Shown here: one piece after another, positions 1-14,999 of the stretch
How positions within the stretch are numbered: position 1 is the stretch's first letter
Layout: every line of letters starts with the position of its first letter
NCBI RefSeq assembly: GCF_009914755.1
Contig: NC_060928.1
Source of the DNA: the human T2T-CHM13v2.0 reference genome, Homo sapiens
Direction: 5' to 3' (one strand)
DNA: 64,000 nucleotides
Program-made: the position numbers and the translations under genes
Notes under the pieces: model-generated
Seen by the model: the letters and a program-made list of their open reading frames with translations, nothing else
Database searches by the model: none
What the model was told of the DNA's origin: nothing

Positions 1-264
1 AGGGGCAGCCTCTTTCTCCTTCCATAGGACATTGACTCCATGTGCTGCCCGGAACTCTGGCGGCCACCTTGTAACCATGAGGAAAACTGAATGCAACAAG
101 CCACCATGGCAGAAAACAAACCTGCTATTTGATGGCATTTCTGGGTCATCCTAAAAGTACCCTATCTCAAGATTTTTTATCAGTGAAATTAGAAATTTTC
201 CTTTTCTTTTAAGCCATTTGAAGCTGAATTTTGTGATACCTGCAGCCAAAAGCATCCTAATACA
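1..264 (+). mobile_element. MLT1-type (ERVL-MaLR) LTR fragment
   Basis: Typical MLT1 3' end: tttaagccatttgaagctg...gcagccaaaagcatcctaataca. Confidence 0.6.
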
Positions 265-624
265 ATTTGCTACACAAGTTTGTAGAAGGCAGCCCTCCCC
301 TCAGGCCTCCCCACTGTTGCCAGTTCATCTGTTAAATAGACAAGCTGGATTCCCAAGGGCCATGCACAGAGTCTCCTTGCTATTTTTCCTCAGCTCTATT
401 CATGAAAATAAAATTAATTTTCTAGTCCATGAATTAAACATTGCTGCTGCCGGCTGAAAGATTTTAATAACAGCCTTTTGTTGACAAGAGAAGCAGGATC
501 CCGACATGTTCTAAAATAAGCTACAAGGAGTCAGAAGGGTAGGAGGGGAAGCAAAGGGGAGGAGGCCATCAAAAGGAAAAACTGCAAAATCCCACTCAAG
601 TCCAGCTTCTCTAAATGGTCAGCC

Positions 625-783
625 TGTGGTTGAACTTGTGTGCAGATGAATCACCTGGAGATGTCGTTAAAATGCAGATAGTGATTCCGTGGGGTCGGTG
701 AGGTCTGAGATTTGTTTTCTCTAACAAGCTCCCAGGTGATGCTGATGCTGGCGGTCTGAGGACCACACTTTGAGTAGCAAGGC
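625..783. mobile_element. MER5A/B (hAT-Charlie) MITE
   Basis: aatcacctggag...atgcagat...ctaacaagctcccaggtgatgctgatgct...gaccacactttgagtagcaagg matches the MER5 consensus. Confidence 0.8.
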
Positions 784-2177
784 CCTTAAGGCTCAGGCAA
801 CTGCAGCTGTAAGACTGTCTGCATGTTTGTTCTAAAGCTCTGGAATGTCTCCAGAGAGAAACCTGCAGCCTGCCAGGACCCACAGAGCCCTCCAACCTTT
901 CTAGTAAGCAGCAGGCCCTGCAGTAGCCCCAACACCTGCAAAAATGGGCAGCGAGATATGAAGGAGGGCAGATCCATCTTCCCTGGAATGTGGGCTCGTG
1001 GGAATCAGCTGCTAAAGAAAGAATGAGGGGGAATGGGAACAACCCCCTCTCCACACATGTACCTTTTAGAAGCAGTGGAAAGAGTACAGGTCAAAGGAAG
1101 GAAGGGGAAGGAGGACAGGCTCTGGGTTTGGTCTGAGTTTGTGATAGCCTTAGGGGTTTTTTGTTGTTGTTGTTGTTAGTGTATTTGTTTGTTAGTAATT
1201 TTTCCCCCAGGACTGAGTCTGAGTCTGTGAAATCAAATGCCCAACTGAGACTTTATTCCAAGCCTCCCCTCAGCTCCATGCAGCCTGAGGCAGGCACTCA
1301 GCCCCACTTCAAGCCCACTAAAGAGTCAGGGACACTGGCACCCAATGAGATGTTTGTCCCAGTGTCTTTCCTGAATAACTTCACACATCCCACCGACAAG
1401 TGCTGGTCTAGAAATTGGGCTTGAGACTGTTCCTCCACACTAGAAATCATTGTTATGTGCGACGGGCTGAGAGGAGGAGGTGAGAGCCAGTGGGAAGGCT
1501 GCAGGGAGCCCTGGGCAGCCTCTCTTTCCACAAACCAGATGAGGTCTGCTAAATCTTTTCACCACTGAGCAGAGACCTCCAGCACGTCTCCCTCTCCACG
1601 TTATGTTCCTCTCTCTCCACTCTACTCACCAGCCACGCTGAACAATTGAGTTCTTGAGCTGCCCTGCCCTGTCTCTCTTTCTCAGGACCTTTGCTCAGGT
1701 TGTGATGCCAGCTCACCCAGCCTCTCCACGACCAGCCCTGCACCTCCTGCCATGCTCCACTTGGCTCCTACCTTTGGGGAGCCTCCCAATTCCCCCTAAG
1801 CTGGCACTGATTCTCGGTCCCATGGCACTTGAGAATGGATGGTGTCTTGAGGGGTGTCACCTGTGCACCTATTTCTCCAACTGGCCTGTAAGTGCAATGA
1901 AGTCAAGGATGGTGCCAGCGCTTGGCAGGTAATGAGTAAGTAATAAATATTGTTGAATAAGGAAACTGAATAATGGTTCTCAGCCCGCTGTGCATTAGAA
2001 ACACCTGAATAGCATAAAATAAAGAAAAAAAAAAGCCAGGGCATCTCTTTTAGACATTCCAATTCATCAGGCCTAGGTAAAGAAAGGCCCAGGCTTCTGA
2101 CAATTTTAATCACCACCCAAGTGATTCTGATGTGCCACCATTTCTGACAATCATTGGAACTTAAAAAATGATTCTTG

Positions 2178-2654
<477 letters not shown>

Positions 2655-3195
2655 TTACCCAGGACCAGGGCTTCCTGATAACCATGGGGCTTTCTTTATC
2701 CAGCGGGCTGGCTAGAGTGTCTCGCTCTCCAAAGGAGGAGCTGAACAGAGGGAATGAGCGAAGTGAAACACTAAGGAAACGTGTGGATGGAAAAGGAAGG
2801 CTAACATTTACTCTGTGCTGGCTTCCAGGCAAGCTCCTTACTGCATTCATTTGATTCCAGGTACAGCCTAATGCTGGTTGTACTCTTGTTACACCCAAGG
2901 TTGTGGCACTTCCAAAGAAACATGGGACAGAGGAATGGGTAGACTGTGTTCCAGAGACTACAGAATTTCAAAATAAATGTTCAATGAAAAAAAAATGCTA
3001 CTCAAAGACACTTTTATAGATCCTTAAAACAACAACAACAACAACAACAAAACCATGGCTGTGTCACCCTTTTGCAAATCACTGACTTTTTCCAAGCAAC
3101 TATTATAATTTTATGCCACACACAAAACTAGGTGAGGAAAACTAAAATATTATAGCAAGGTCATGACTAAATATTTGGATTTAAAAGCTGTGCCT

Positions 3196-3514
<319 letters not shown>

Positions 3515-3517
3515 TCA

Positions 3518-3945
<428 letters not shown>

Positions 3946-4859
3946 AAAATACATATGCCCAAATTCTCAAATAACTGTCTGCTCAAGATTATTGTATCCA
4001 CTTTACAGATGAGGAAACTGAGGCTCACAAACTGTAAAGAAACGAGTCTGAAGTTGAACTAATTAGCAATGTCAGGATTCGCACTGGTTTCTACTCTGCA
4101 GCTCTCTTTCTCATTTCATGGTCACAGTGCCGTCTGCAGTGACCTTGATCAGTTTGTTTGTTTTAAAATTGAGTTAATAATGTTAACCTCAATCTATGTT
4201 CATACTTGTTGGGACTATTAGAGCCAGCAAAAGCACACTCTATTCTTTCGGGTCTAGCTGCAATCCAGGCTTGGGTAAGGCTCTTAATGCTTGCCCATTT
4301 GTTAAAAATGCAAGAGTTGTAACAACAATGGGCTTGGAATTACAACGTTTGAAAGGAAGAGTCATTCACTTTTCTTAGATTTTTAGTAGTTTAATTGAGC
4401 ATTAAAGTTTTTTAAATGATGAGTCAAAGGAAGAGGGAGGGAGAAAAGTCAAAACTGAGACTCTAAGAGATTCAAAGAAATGATGTGGCCCTGTTTCTGT
4501 AGCAATTGTAACTGGCTGTGCTCAAAAATCCCAAAGAAAACGCTCAAGACCAGCTGAGTTGTCAGCTGAACAAAAAGATCCCAGCTACAAAACAATGATC
4601 TTTTGGAGGAAAACAGGAGGAAGATGGAATGAAAGAGAAGGGCATGAAGGAGGGAGGAAGCACAGAAGGGATTTGTGTTCATCTCTCTTTGGAACGTTGA
4701 GAAAGAGCCCTTATTTCCAAAGCCAAATCTATCTTTTCTATGCAAGAGAGGCTGTGAAGCCAAGTTCTGTGCCATCTTTGTGGAATTTATTGCGCTGCCG
4801 GAAGACTTTTTTTTCTTCTGCTAAAGAAAAGGGGCCAGTATTAGGACCAATAATAATGA

Positions 4860-5080
4860 CAGTGAATAATTAACACCAACCAAGAGCCAGGCACTGTGCT
4901 CAGTGATTTACACATATCATCTAATTTGATTCTCACAACTTTAGGAACAAACAGTATTAATATATCCATTTTAAAGGTGAGAAAACTGCTTCAGAGATGT
5001 AAATTTGTCCAAGGCCATTCAGCTGGTAAGTAAGTAGAAGAGCAGGGATTCACATTCAGATCTGCCTGTCTACTGAGCCT
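4860..5080 (-). mobile_element. MIR SINE
   Basis: ccaggcactgtgct...ccattttaaaggtgagaaaactg...gtccaaggccattcagctggtaag MIR core. Confidence 0.7.
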
Positions 5081-5849
5081 TGCTTACTCTAGAAAACCTT
5101 GGGGCAAGACAGAAGTCCATGACCATGCATTCTTGGGGGTCCTCAACAACCTGAGGGACTTGATGGAAAAGAAGCACAACCCAATGAAGACATCAGGACC
5201 AGGTACAGACTACCCGATGCCCAACGGAAGACAGCTCATCTTTGGGCAAATTTCAGAATGTGACTGGTGGACCAGTGCCTTCCAAGCCCCAGCTTCTACT
5301 GACCATCCCATCACCCCACACTGCCTTGTTAATCTCCACCACTTCTCAGTTTCCTTGCCATATGCTGAATCCCACTCAGGATGGTACAGATGCTCCAAGA
5401 ACCCAGCAGGGCACCAGAGAACGCTATATCTGCCTTAACAATGGTCACGTTTGCGCCAAGACAGGATAGAAGGATGGCTGATCTATCAAAGGAAACAGGG
5501 AAAATTACTGCTTTGCATGCCTGGTGCTGTCACTGAAGTTATCTCATGAGGAAAAGAGTCATGATGTCACTATGGGACACATTTAGGGGACTCGGATGAC
5601 ATTTAGGGAAAAAACAGAAAAGGCCTTGATGTTTCTGGGAGCCAACAGCCAGATGTCTGGAGGCCATCAGGGGAGGCTCCGCTGGGAAGCAGCCCCAGGA
5701 CTCACACGTCCACACAGTAACTGCAAGGCCTCACTCCCTGCTCTACCCATCTTGGGATTCAGGGCATTGACTAACTGTCCCTTTGGCCAGAAACTCTCAA
5801 GCAGGCATTTTTGTGAGCTCAAGCCTTCAGATGCAGGTTTTTCCTCTAG

Positions 5850-6170
<321 letters not shown>

Positions 6171-6764
6171 GCTTTCTGTCCTTGAAAGTCATGAACGCAT
6201 TGCTGAGGACCTGGGGGCACCAAGAGCATTCTGTCCTGACAGCCTGCCCACTCATAAAACGAAAAGGATAAAAAGGGAAAACAACATGCTCTGGCCCCAA
6301 GGAGAACTAACAACTTGATGAACTAACAATTTGATGGCTCTTTCACGGATGACATTTTACCACCACACAAATTACTCTCTGCACACTGCACATCCAACAC
6401 ATCCCCTGCTGGGTGCACTGCATAGATGCCTCTTGTTTCCAGCACAACCTCATCTGGTGTGGAGGGTGGCAAGCAATGGACAGGCTAAGCCTATTTCCTC
6501 TACAAGTCAGGTCCTTGAAGTGCATGAGCAGCCCACTGGGGCATGAACTTGGCCCTAATGCTACACATAACCAGTAGGGAGGTGGTGAAAAAGGGCCTTC
6601 AGTGGGGGGAAATTTGTGGATCAAGGCACCAGGGCTTTCACTGAAAATAACCCTGAGTCAGTGGTCTGCCTCGTCCCTCTGCTTACTATGTAGCCTAGCC
6701 ATCAGCACAGCTGATCTTAGCTGGTCTCTGATTGTCCCTCATTTCTTCCCTCAAAAGCTATTCA

Positions 6765-7113
<349 letters not shown>

Positions 7114-7209
7114 TCACAATTTTGGACCTTAAAACTCTAATATCTACCATTGTCTGCTATTTTTTTTTTTAGGGAGGCAATGAAGGTGGGGAGAGAATTA
7201 AGACTTACG

Positions 7210-7507
<298 letters not shown>

Positions 7508-9525
7508 TTAGGAAATAGCAGATGAAGCACAGGCAGAATTTATCCAGGAAGGTATGGAATGGGGTTTGGGACATGAGTCACAAAGGGGAAACCAGATTCC
7601 TTCAGTGTGTTAACTTCTCTAAGGAAGCTAGAGGACACTGGGGCCTGGGAGGTGTCCTCTAAGCCAAGATCTTTCAGAACAAAGGTTCTATCTTCACCAC
7701 AGAGAGCGGTCCGGAAAGGGCAGAGGTGACCTGGCAAACTTGGAGAGAGGGGCCTTGTCCTTGTGGCTCCTGGTCCAGTGCCAGGGTCTTGGGGCTCAGA
7801 GGCTGTAAGAAGTGGAGCCAGTGAGCCCTAGGCATGTAAGATAATATTTTAAGTGCTCACTTTTCCCTGAGCACTCTCTGAACACCACAGCTATTAAAGA
7901 TAAGCCTCAATCCCCTAGAGGTCACCAGGCTCTGAGGACCAAGCCCAGCCCTGCCTCTGGAAGCAGGGGGGAGAGAGGAGCTTGTTGGAGAACTCTGGGC
8001 AATAAGGGCTTTGGTTGGCAGTGTCGGAGTGTGTTGATGAAGCAACAGCTGAACATCATACAGTCTACAGTCAGTTGGAGAATTAAACCAACACATAAAG
8101 GTGATGGTGAAAAGGACACAGAAATGAGGAGGTGCACTGAGAGAAGGAAAGATGAAGCAGGAGATTTCCCAGAGCTTTGGGGAGACTTTAAAGGCTTTAG
8201 GGATCCCCAAAGATCCTACCTCTCTCACCATCCGTCAACTCTGCTATGCCCTCCCTGAGCCACACCCCCTAAGAGGTACCCACTTCTGGATGGGTTTACT
8301 TCCAAGAGCAGGGACTGCAGGATTTCAAGGGAAGGCTTGGAACCATAGTGGCCCCATTATCTACCTAGGCATTTGCAGCTGGCACCATGCCAAAAAAGCC
8401 CTGTAGAAAGAGGTCTTATTTTCTTCCTTCCTCTTCCCCTCTGGAAATAAAAGTAGGTTGTGTTTCTCCTGCCCGCCCCTAGAGATCAGGGAAACGGGAG
8501 CTGGAAGGGCATCTTGGATTACCTCGTCAAATTCTCACTCAGCATATCAATGCCTGTGCCTTTTGTCCTGGCTACTGCCGCTTCAGTAAAGGAGGCCAAA
8601 ACCAGTTATTGCGGCCAGGGCGGCTGCGAAGTGGTTCAAAGATCAACGACTGGGGTCGTGTAGGGTGGGCACGCAGTCCCTGGGGCCCAGGGGAAGGGGA
8701 ATGGTGGTCGGCGCCCGGGCTCCCTTCCCTACTGGCAGGAGTGGGGGTGCACGGAAGGAGGGTACCAGGAGAGCCACAGGTTCCCACTGGCCAAATGGGA
8801 ACAGGGTTTGGAGAAGGCTCTGCACAGCCACAGTCGGAGCTTCGTGCTAGGGTCAGACCGCTCTCGCCATGGGATCGGTTTGCTCACCGAGAAACTTCAC
8901 CGAGAACTGCAAATGGGCATAGAAGATTGCGGAGGGGGCAGGGACAGGGGCCTTGGAGAGGCAAGAGGGGAACCGGTATCTTCCATCTGGTGCGCGTAAA
9001 CCAAGACTCTATCCTGTGCCGGGTCTCTCCTCCCCGGTCCAACTCCCTTACTTGTCCTCATCTCTGTCCCCAAGGTCCGTGACCCGCGGAGGTGATGGGG
9101 GGGATAGGAGAGCCCCAGGGACCGCAGAGGTGACACAATCGCCCGCCCGTCCTCCCTCGCTGGGAGCCGATTCAGCCTGTGCCGAGCCTCTCCCTTCGCG
9201 CGCCTCTGCGCACAGCGGTGGCACCGCAGGACTCCGGGTCCCCCCCGGCTCTCCATCGGGAAGCCGGCAAATGCGCTTCCTCAGGCAGACCGCGGCGGGG
9301 TGGGGGCGGGGGGGGGCGGAAGTTGAAATACTGGGACAGAAACACCTGCCCGTCCCAAGGGACGGAAAACTGGATGCCAAGGGGGCCGCGGCGCGCAGCG
9401 GGAGGCGAGGGGAGACCGGGGGTCGCTGCGCACCGCCCGCAGCCGAGGGGCGAGCGGCGACCTCGCGCGCCCCAGCGCGGCCTGGCCACGGAGGCCGGGG
9501 CGCAGGGGGCGCCGGCGGGACTTAC

Positions 9526-9757
9526 CCCAGAGCAGAGTGAGTGGCTTGGCTTTGGGGATGAGCACCAGGGAGTACACGGCCCCCAAGTGGAGCAAGCTCA
9601 TCAGGACGACATTCCTCCAGACGATGTTCTGCCGCTGCCCGCGCGCGCCTGGCCTCTCCGGGCCGCCGCCGCCCTCAGAGCTTTCGAGCCCGGCACGGAT
9701 TTCTTCCTTGGCGTCGCAGAAAGGGATCTTCCCCGCGTCGGTGGCCGGGCCTGGCAT
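9526..9757 (-). CDS. SCD5: Stearoyl-CoA desaturase 5, coding exon 1 (232 nt, MPGPATDAGKIPF...AKPLTLLW; phase-1 donor)
   Basis: Translation matches the SCD5 N-terminus and delta-9 desaturase TM1 motif (IVWRNVVLMSLLHLGAVY); Kozak cagccATG; donor G|GTAAGT with GT at 9525-9524. Confidence 0.97.
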
Positions 9758-9935
9758 GGCTGGGCGAGGTGGGCGCCCGCAGCAGCGGCAGGCAGGCAGG
9801 CGCTCTGCCCGAGCGGAGCTCGAGGGTGGGGGCGGGGGCTTCTGCCTTTTAGGGGGGAATTCTCCGCACGTCCAGTCCCCTCCTTCCAGCCCTTCTCCCG
9901 GGCTCCTGCGCTCTTCCCCAGGGTCTTAGCGTGGC

Positions 9936-9986
9936 CTAGGGATGCAGATCTTGGCGGCCGGCGTCTGTTGCTGGCGTATCCCCCAT
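9936..9986 (-). other. Upstream ORF in SCD5 leader (MGDTPATDAGRQDLHP*)
   Basis: ATG at 9986 (229 nt upstream of the main ATG, +4 G), TAG at 9938-9936; inclusion in the mRNA depends on the TSS position. Confidence 0.55.
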
Positions 9987-10144
9987 ATGGCTGCCCGGGC
10001 TGAACTCGGCCGCGAGAAAGAGGAGGCGCGCGCGGGGCGGGAGGGGCGCGCGGCCGGGGAGGAGGAGCTGTGGAAATGGAACGGGGCCGGCGACGCTGGA
10101 GGGAGCGCTCCGAAGGAGCGCGGAAGAAAGCCCTGCTTAGCTAC

Positions 10145-10154
10145 AGCCAATCAG
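10145..10154 (+). promoter_or_regulatory. CCAAT box (NF-Y consensus AGCCAATCAG)
   Basis: Full NF-Y consensus within the CpG island about 390 nt upstream of the SCD5 ATG. Confidence 0.7.
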
Positions 10155-11992
10155 GAGCGCCCGTGCGGCGCTTATAGACAAAGGCGCCCCCCTTTCGGCT
10201 TTTCGGGGCCGAACTGGGGAGCCCGCTGGGCGGGAGTTGGCCGCCTCCGCCCGGGGGCGGGTGGAAGGTGGCTCCCGGGGCAGGGAGCCTGCAGGGCGGC
10301 TCACAGCGCTTCTGCTCTTGTGTGTGTGTGACCCCCAAAATGCCTTTTATGGTATTTTTCCAGTCCCCCCCCCAAAAAAAACTTCCCGAAACTGTCATCC
10401 CTTTGAGAAGCCTTTTATTTCTTCTCAAGCCTCAGGCCACCTGGGTTGGAGAATTTTAAATACTTGCTTGGAGTCGCGACCCTAGTTAAGGCCAGACCCA
10501 CGATGAGAATCAGAAGTCCCTCAATCTGCCAGTTAGTAGGGCTCCTCGGGCCAGGGGAGGGTTGGAAGGCAGCTGCTCGTTCTTAATTAGGCAGCTGTGG
10601 ATTACCCAGGCACACAGTAAGTGCTCAGTTGGTGCTTGTGAGGTGATGCACAGATGATTTGGGCCAGTTCGCTGCCCACCCTTTGCCCATCCGCCGCGCC
10701 ACTCTGTTTATGGTCAATTCTAGCTAATCAGCGCACTTCTGCAACGCCTCCTTAGCTCTCAGTGAGGAACACTACCCTGAAATCAACACCATTGAGAATC
10801 GGGCTTTACAAAAAAATCACCCAGAATGTTCCAAGGAAAATTAACCTGTGAAAGATTTGTGTCTGCCCACTTCTCTCCTAGAGCTGATGGCTTAAGAGCT
10901 CTCCAGAGAGGACCCTAGTTGCACAGAAAATGGAGGGAGGATTGAGCTGGAAGTGTCTGAAGCAGGTGTGACCGCAATTGCGGGCAGGCAGCAGAAGTAA
11001 AAGGGCTCGGGACAGCATCTCTGAGTTCTAGTTTTAACTGGCTGGAACCCAGCCCAACTCTCTGGGCACGGATTTCCTTACCTGAGAAGCAGAACTAGTT
11101 TCTACTCTTCCTTCCAGCTTCCATATTCCATGAATGTGAGTTCGAAGGGGCGCCATTATATTGACCAAAACCAGCTGATTTTTAGATTAACCGTTGTTAG
11201 GAATCATTTCCAGGATTTCAAGAGAGGCAAAAAAATTTAAAAGACTGACTGCATGAAAGGGCCATGCATAAGCATCTTATTGTTAGCAGACCTGAGCCAG
11301 TCCTAGCAGCCAGACAAAACAATGCCTGATTTAAGCTAAAGCAAGGTATGTGGCACTTGTGGAATCTAGGCCACTGAGTCAGTGTTACTGTGTTGCTTCA
11401 GACGGAGCTGAAATTATAGAATTTGCCTGGAGACCAGATAAATGTCGGCCCTATATAATGACCAGTCAGACAGTGGAACATGAAGCTGGAGGGTGCGATT
11501 TTCATCTGTCTGTTCAACCTGGGCTATGTAATGAACCACGTTTTCTTCTCATGCTCCCTCTGCTCCCCATACCCAGCAGACCTTCCTACTCCCTGTGGCT
11601 CTCTAGTTCAGACTGTCCTTTCTCTCTGGGGTAGACTAGTTGCTCGGCCAAAAGCCTCTCTCCGGGTTATTGGAAAGGCTCAATGCTGTAAAGACCCTCA
11701 TTCTAAACATTCAGTCATTTAGTTGGCATTTATTGGGCATCTGCTATGTGCCAGGACCAGTGGGCACAGGGGATCCAAGGATGAATAAAGTCTGGTCCCG
11801 CCCCTAAAGGAGCTCCCATCTAGAAGCAAAGATGGAGCAAACAAATGTAACCTCTTGACTATGACCTTGGAAGGGCAGAAAGTTACAGTCCATTATCGGA
11901 AAAAAAAATTTAATTAGGTATCAAACTTACATACAAGGAGTCTAAGGGAAGCAAAAATAGTTCCTTATTGTCCCCCCTGAGAACCTTATTAG

Positions 11993-12342
<350 letters not shown>

Positions 12343-12894
12343 CTTGAATCCATCTTGAATGAACATCTTTCTCTTTTCCCTCCTGTGGGTCAGACCAGGT
12401 ATGACCAGTCATTTCAGCTGGCTGTCCTCATAATGGAGAAGATGTTTTTGTGTGTTGAGGGAGGAAAGAAGTGTTACTTAGGTTTGTCAGAGCCTGCCTA
12501 TAAAAGGATTGTTGAAGAAAAATGGTCCTTCCAGGTCCAGCCTCAGAGTGAAACATCTACAAGATCCAAGATATATTCTTGCTGATAACGACGGTCCTCT
12601 TTAGCCAATTATGCCATAGGGGTCACTGCCTCTTTTCTCTGTCTTGCCAAAGACCCTAGTATATTTTCCTAGCTTCTAGTCAGGACCCCAGGAGTGGATA
12701 AGTATTCACCTGTCCCAGGATGGGGCAAATGGGACAGTAACCCTTATCCTGTCAAACACGTAATTACCAAAAATGTAATAAGAGCCATAATGGTGGTATA
12801 CGCAAGATAATGTAGAGGTGCAAAGGAGGGAGTTGTTAATTCACACAGAAGCAGGGAGGAGGGGGAGTGATACCTGGGGAAGGATTTTTAAAAA

Positions 12895-14670
12895 ATATTT
12901 AATTGTGGTAAAATACATGTAACATAAAATGTATGTAACAAAATTTACCACTGTAACCGTTTTTAAATGTACAGTTCAGTAGTGTTAACTATATATGCAC
13001 ATTACTGTGCAACCGATCTGCAGAACTTTATCATTTTGCAAAACTGAAACTTTATGCTCATTAAACTCCCCTTTCAATCTCCATCCAGATGCTGGCAACC
13101 ACTGTGCTACTTTGTTTCAATTAGTTTGACTACTCTAGATACATCATATAAGTGAAATAATAGAGGATTTGTCTTTCTGTGACTGGCTTATTTCACTTAG
13201 CAGAATGTTTTCAAAGCTCATCCAGGTTGTATGTGTTAGAATTCCCTTCCTTTTAAGACTGAATAATATTCTATTGTATGGATATGAATTTTGTTTATCC
13301 ATTCATCTATCTAACAGTGGACATTTGGGTTGCGCCACCTTTTGGCTACTGGAAATAATGTTGCTGGGAACATGGGTGTACAAAGATCTCTTCAGGACCT
13401 GCTTTCAATTCTTTTCGGTATATATATGTATATCCAGAAGTGGTATTGCTGGATCTTATGGTAATTCTATGTTTAATTTTTTGAGGAACTGTCATACTGT
13501 TTTCCATAGTGGCTGCACCATTTCATATTTCCAACAACAGTGCCCAGCGGTTCCAATTTCTCCAAATCCCCACTGATACTTTTTCTGTTTTTTAGATAAT
13601 AGCCATCCTAGTGGGTAAGGAGTGATATCTCATGGTAGTTTTTATTGCCCTCCCTTAATAATTAGTGATATTGAGCATCTTTTCAAGTGCTTGTTGGTCA
13701 TTTGTATACCCTCTTTGGAGAAAGATCTATTCAAGTCCTCTATTTTTAAATAAGGTTTTTGTTGTTGTGGTTGTTGAGTTGTAGGAGTTCTTTACATATT
13801 CTGAATATTAACCTATCAGATATATGACTTGCAAATATTTTCTTCCATTCTGTAGGTTTCCTTTTTCACTCTGTTGATTGTGTTCTTTGATGCACTGACA
13901 TTTTAAATTTTGATGTAGTCCAGTTTATCTATTTTTACTTATATTGTCTGTGCTTGTGCTTTTGGTGTCGTATCCAATAAATCATTGCCAAATCCAGTGT
14001 CATGAAGCTTTTCCTCTATATTTTCTTTTAAGAGTTTTATAGTTTTAGCTATAAAACTTACATTTAGGTCTTTAATATACTTCGAGTTAATTTTTGTGTA
14101 TTGTAGAAGATAAATGCCCAGTTTCATTCTTTTATGTGTAGATATCCAGTCTTCCTAGCACCATTTGTTGAAGAAACTATCCTTTCCCCATTGAATGGTC
14201 TTGGCTCCCCTGTTGAAGATCAGTTGACCGTATATATGAGAGTTTTTTTTTTTTTTTTCGGCTATTTCACTCCATTGGTCTGTATGTCTGTCTTTATGCC
14301 AGTACCACATTGTTTGAATTATTGTAGCTTTGAAATCAGGAAGTTTTGAAATCAGGAAGTTTGAGACCTCCAACTTTGTTCTCTTTTTTTTTTTTTTTTT
14401 TCAAGATTGTTTTGGCTATTCAGGGCTTACTGAGATTCCATACCAGTTTTAGGATCTTTTTAGGTCTGCCAAAAATGATATTGAGATTTTGATAGGGATT
14501 GCAGTAAACCTGTATATAACTTTAATTAGTATTTTCATGTTAATGATATTAAGTCTTCCAATCCATGAACATGGCATGTCTTTTCACTTATTTATGTCTT
14601 CCTTAATTTCTCAGCAGCATTTTGTAGTTTTCAGTGTACAGTTATTTTGCCTCATTGGTTAAGTTTACTG
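12895..14670 (-). mobile_element. Old L1 (L1MB-like), 5'-truncated
   Basis: Minus-strand ORF2 remnants ([26 protein letters not shown]) and L1M 3'UTR. Confidence 0.9.
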
Positions 14671-14714
14671 GGTAAGGATTTTGAAAGATTGTTGTTTAAT
14701 TAAAATATATTATG

Positions 14715-14995
14715 AGCCTCAAATTCAAGCCACATGTGTAATTGTAATGTAGCCACATTAAAAAGGTAGAAACAGAAAAAAACTTTAATAATATATTTTA
14801 TTTAACTCAATGTATCCAAAATATTATCTTTTCAATGTAAAATCAGTATAAAATTATTGATACATTTTATACTTTTTTCATACTATGTCTCAAAATTCCA
14901 TGTTTCCACTTAACAACACGACACACCTTAATTCAGATTAACAACAAGTGCTTGTAACCACATATGGCTAATGGCTGTCATGTAAGACAGCACTG
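14715..14995. mobile_element. MER33/MER3-like hAT MITE
   Basis: agccacattaaaaagg...tatattttatttaac...ccacatatggctaatggct...gacagcac. Confidence 0.7.
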
Positions 14996-14999
14996 TTGA

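Larger units (their letters stand above)
8580..10330. promoter_or_regulatory. SCD5: CpG island over SCD5 promoter, exon 1 and proximal intron 1
   Basis: Very high GC and dense unmutated CpGs against a CpG-depleted background; multiple GGGCGG boxes. Confidence 0.9.

Noticed and set aside
9281-9525. Extension of the SCD5 ORF to 158 aa
   Set aside because: Read-through past a consensus GTAAGT donor into intron 1
8609-10331. Long + strand ORFs (157, 195, 274, 130 and 129 aa) over the CpG island
   Set aside because: Arg/Gly/Pro/Ala-rich stop-poor frames expected from high GC and from being antisense to SCD5 exon 1; no recognisable domain
11138-11156. GTTCGA B-box-like motif suggesting a tRNA or Pol III gene
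   Set aside because: No A-box and no cloverleaf
14329-14364. tttgaaatcaggaagt direct repeat
   Set aside because: Small slippage duplication inside a dead L1; no functional implication
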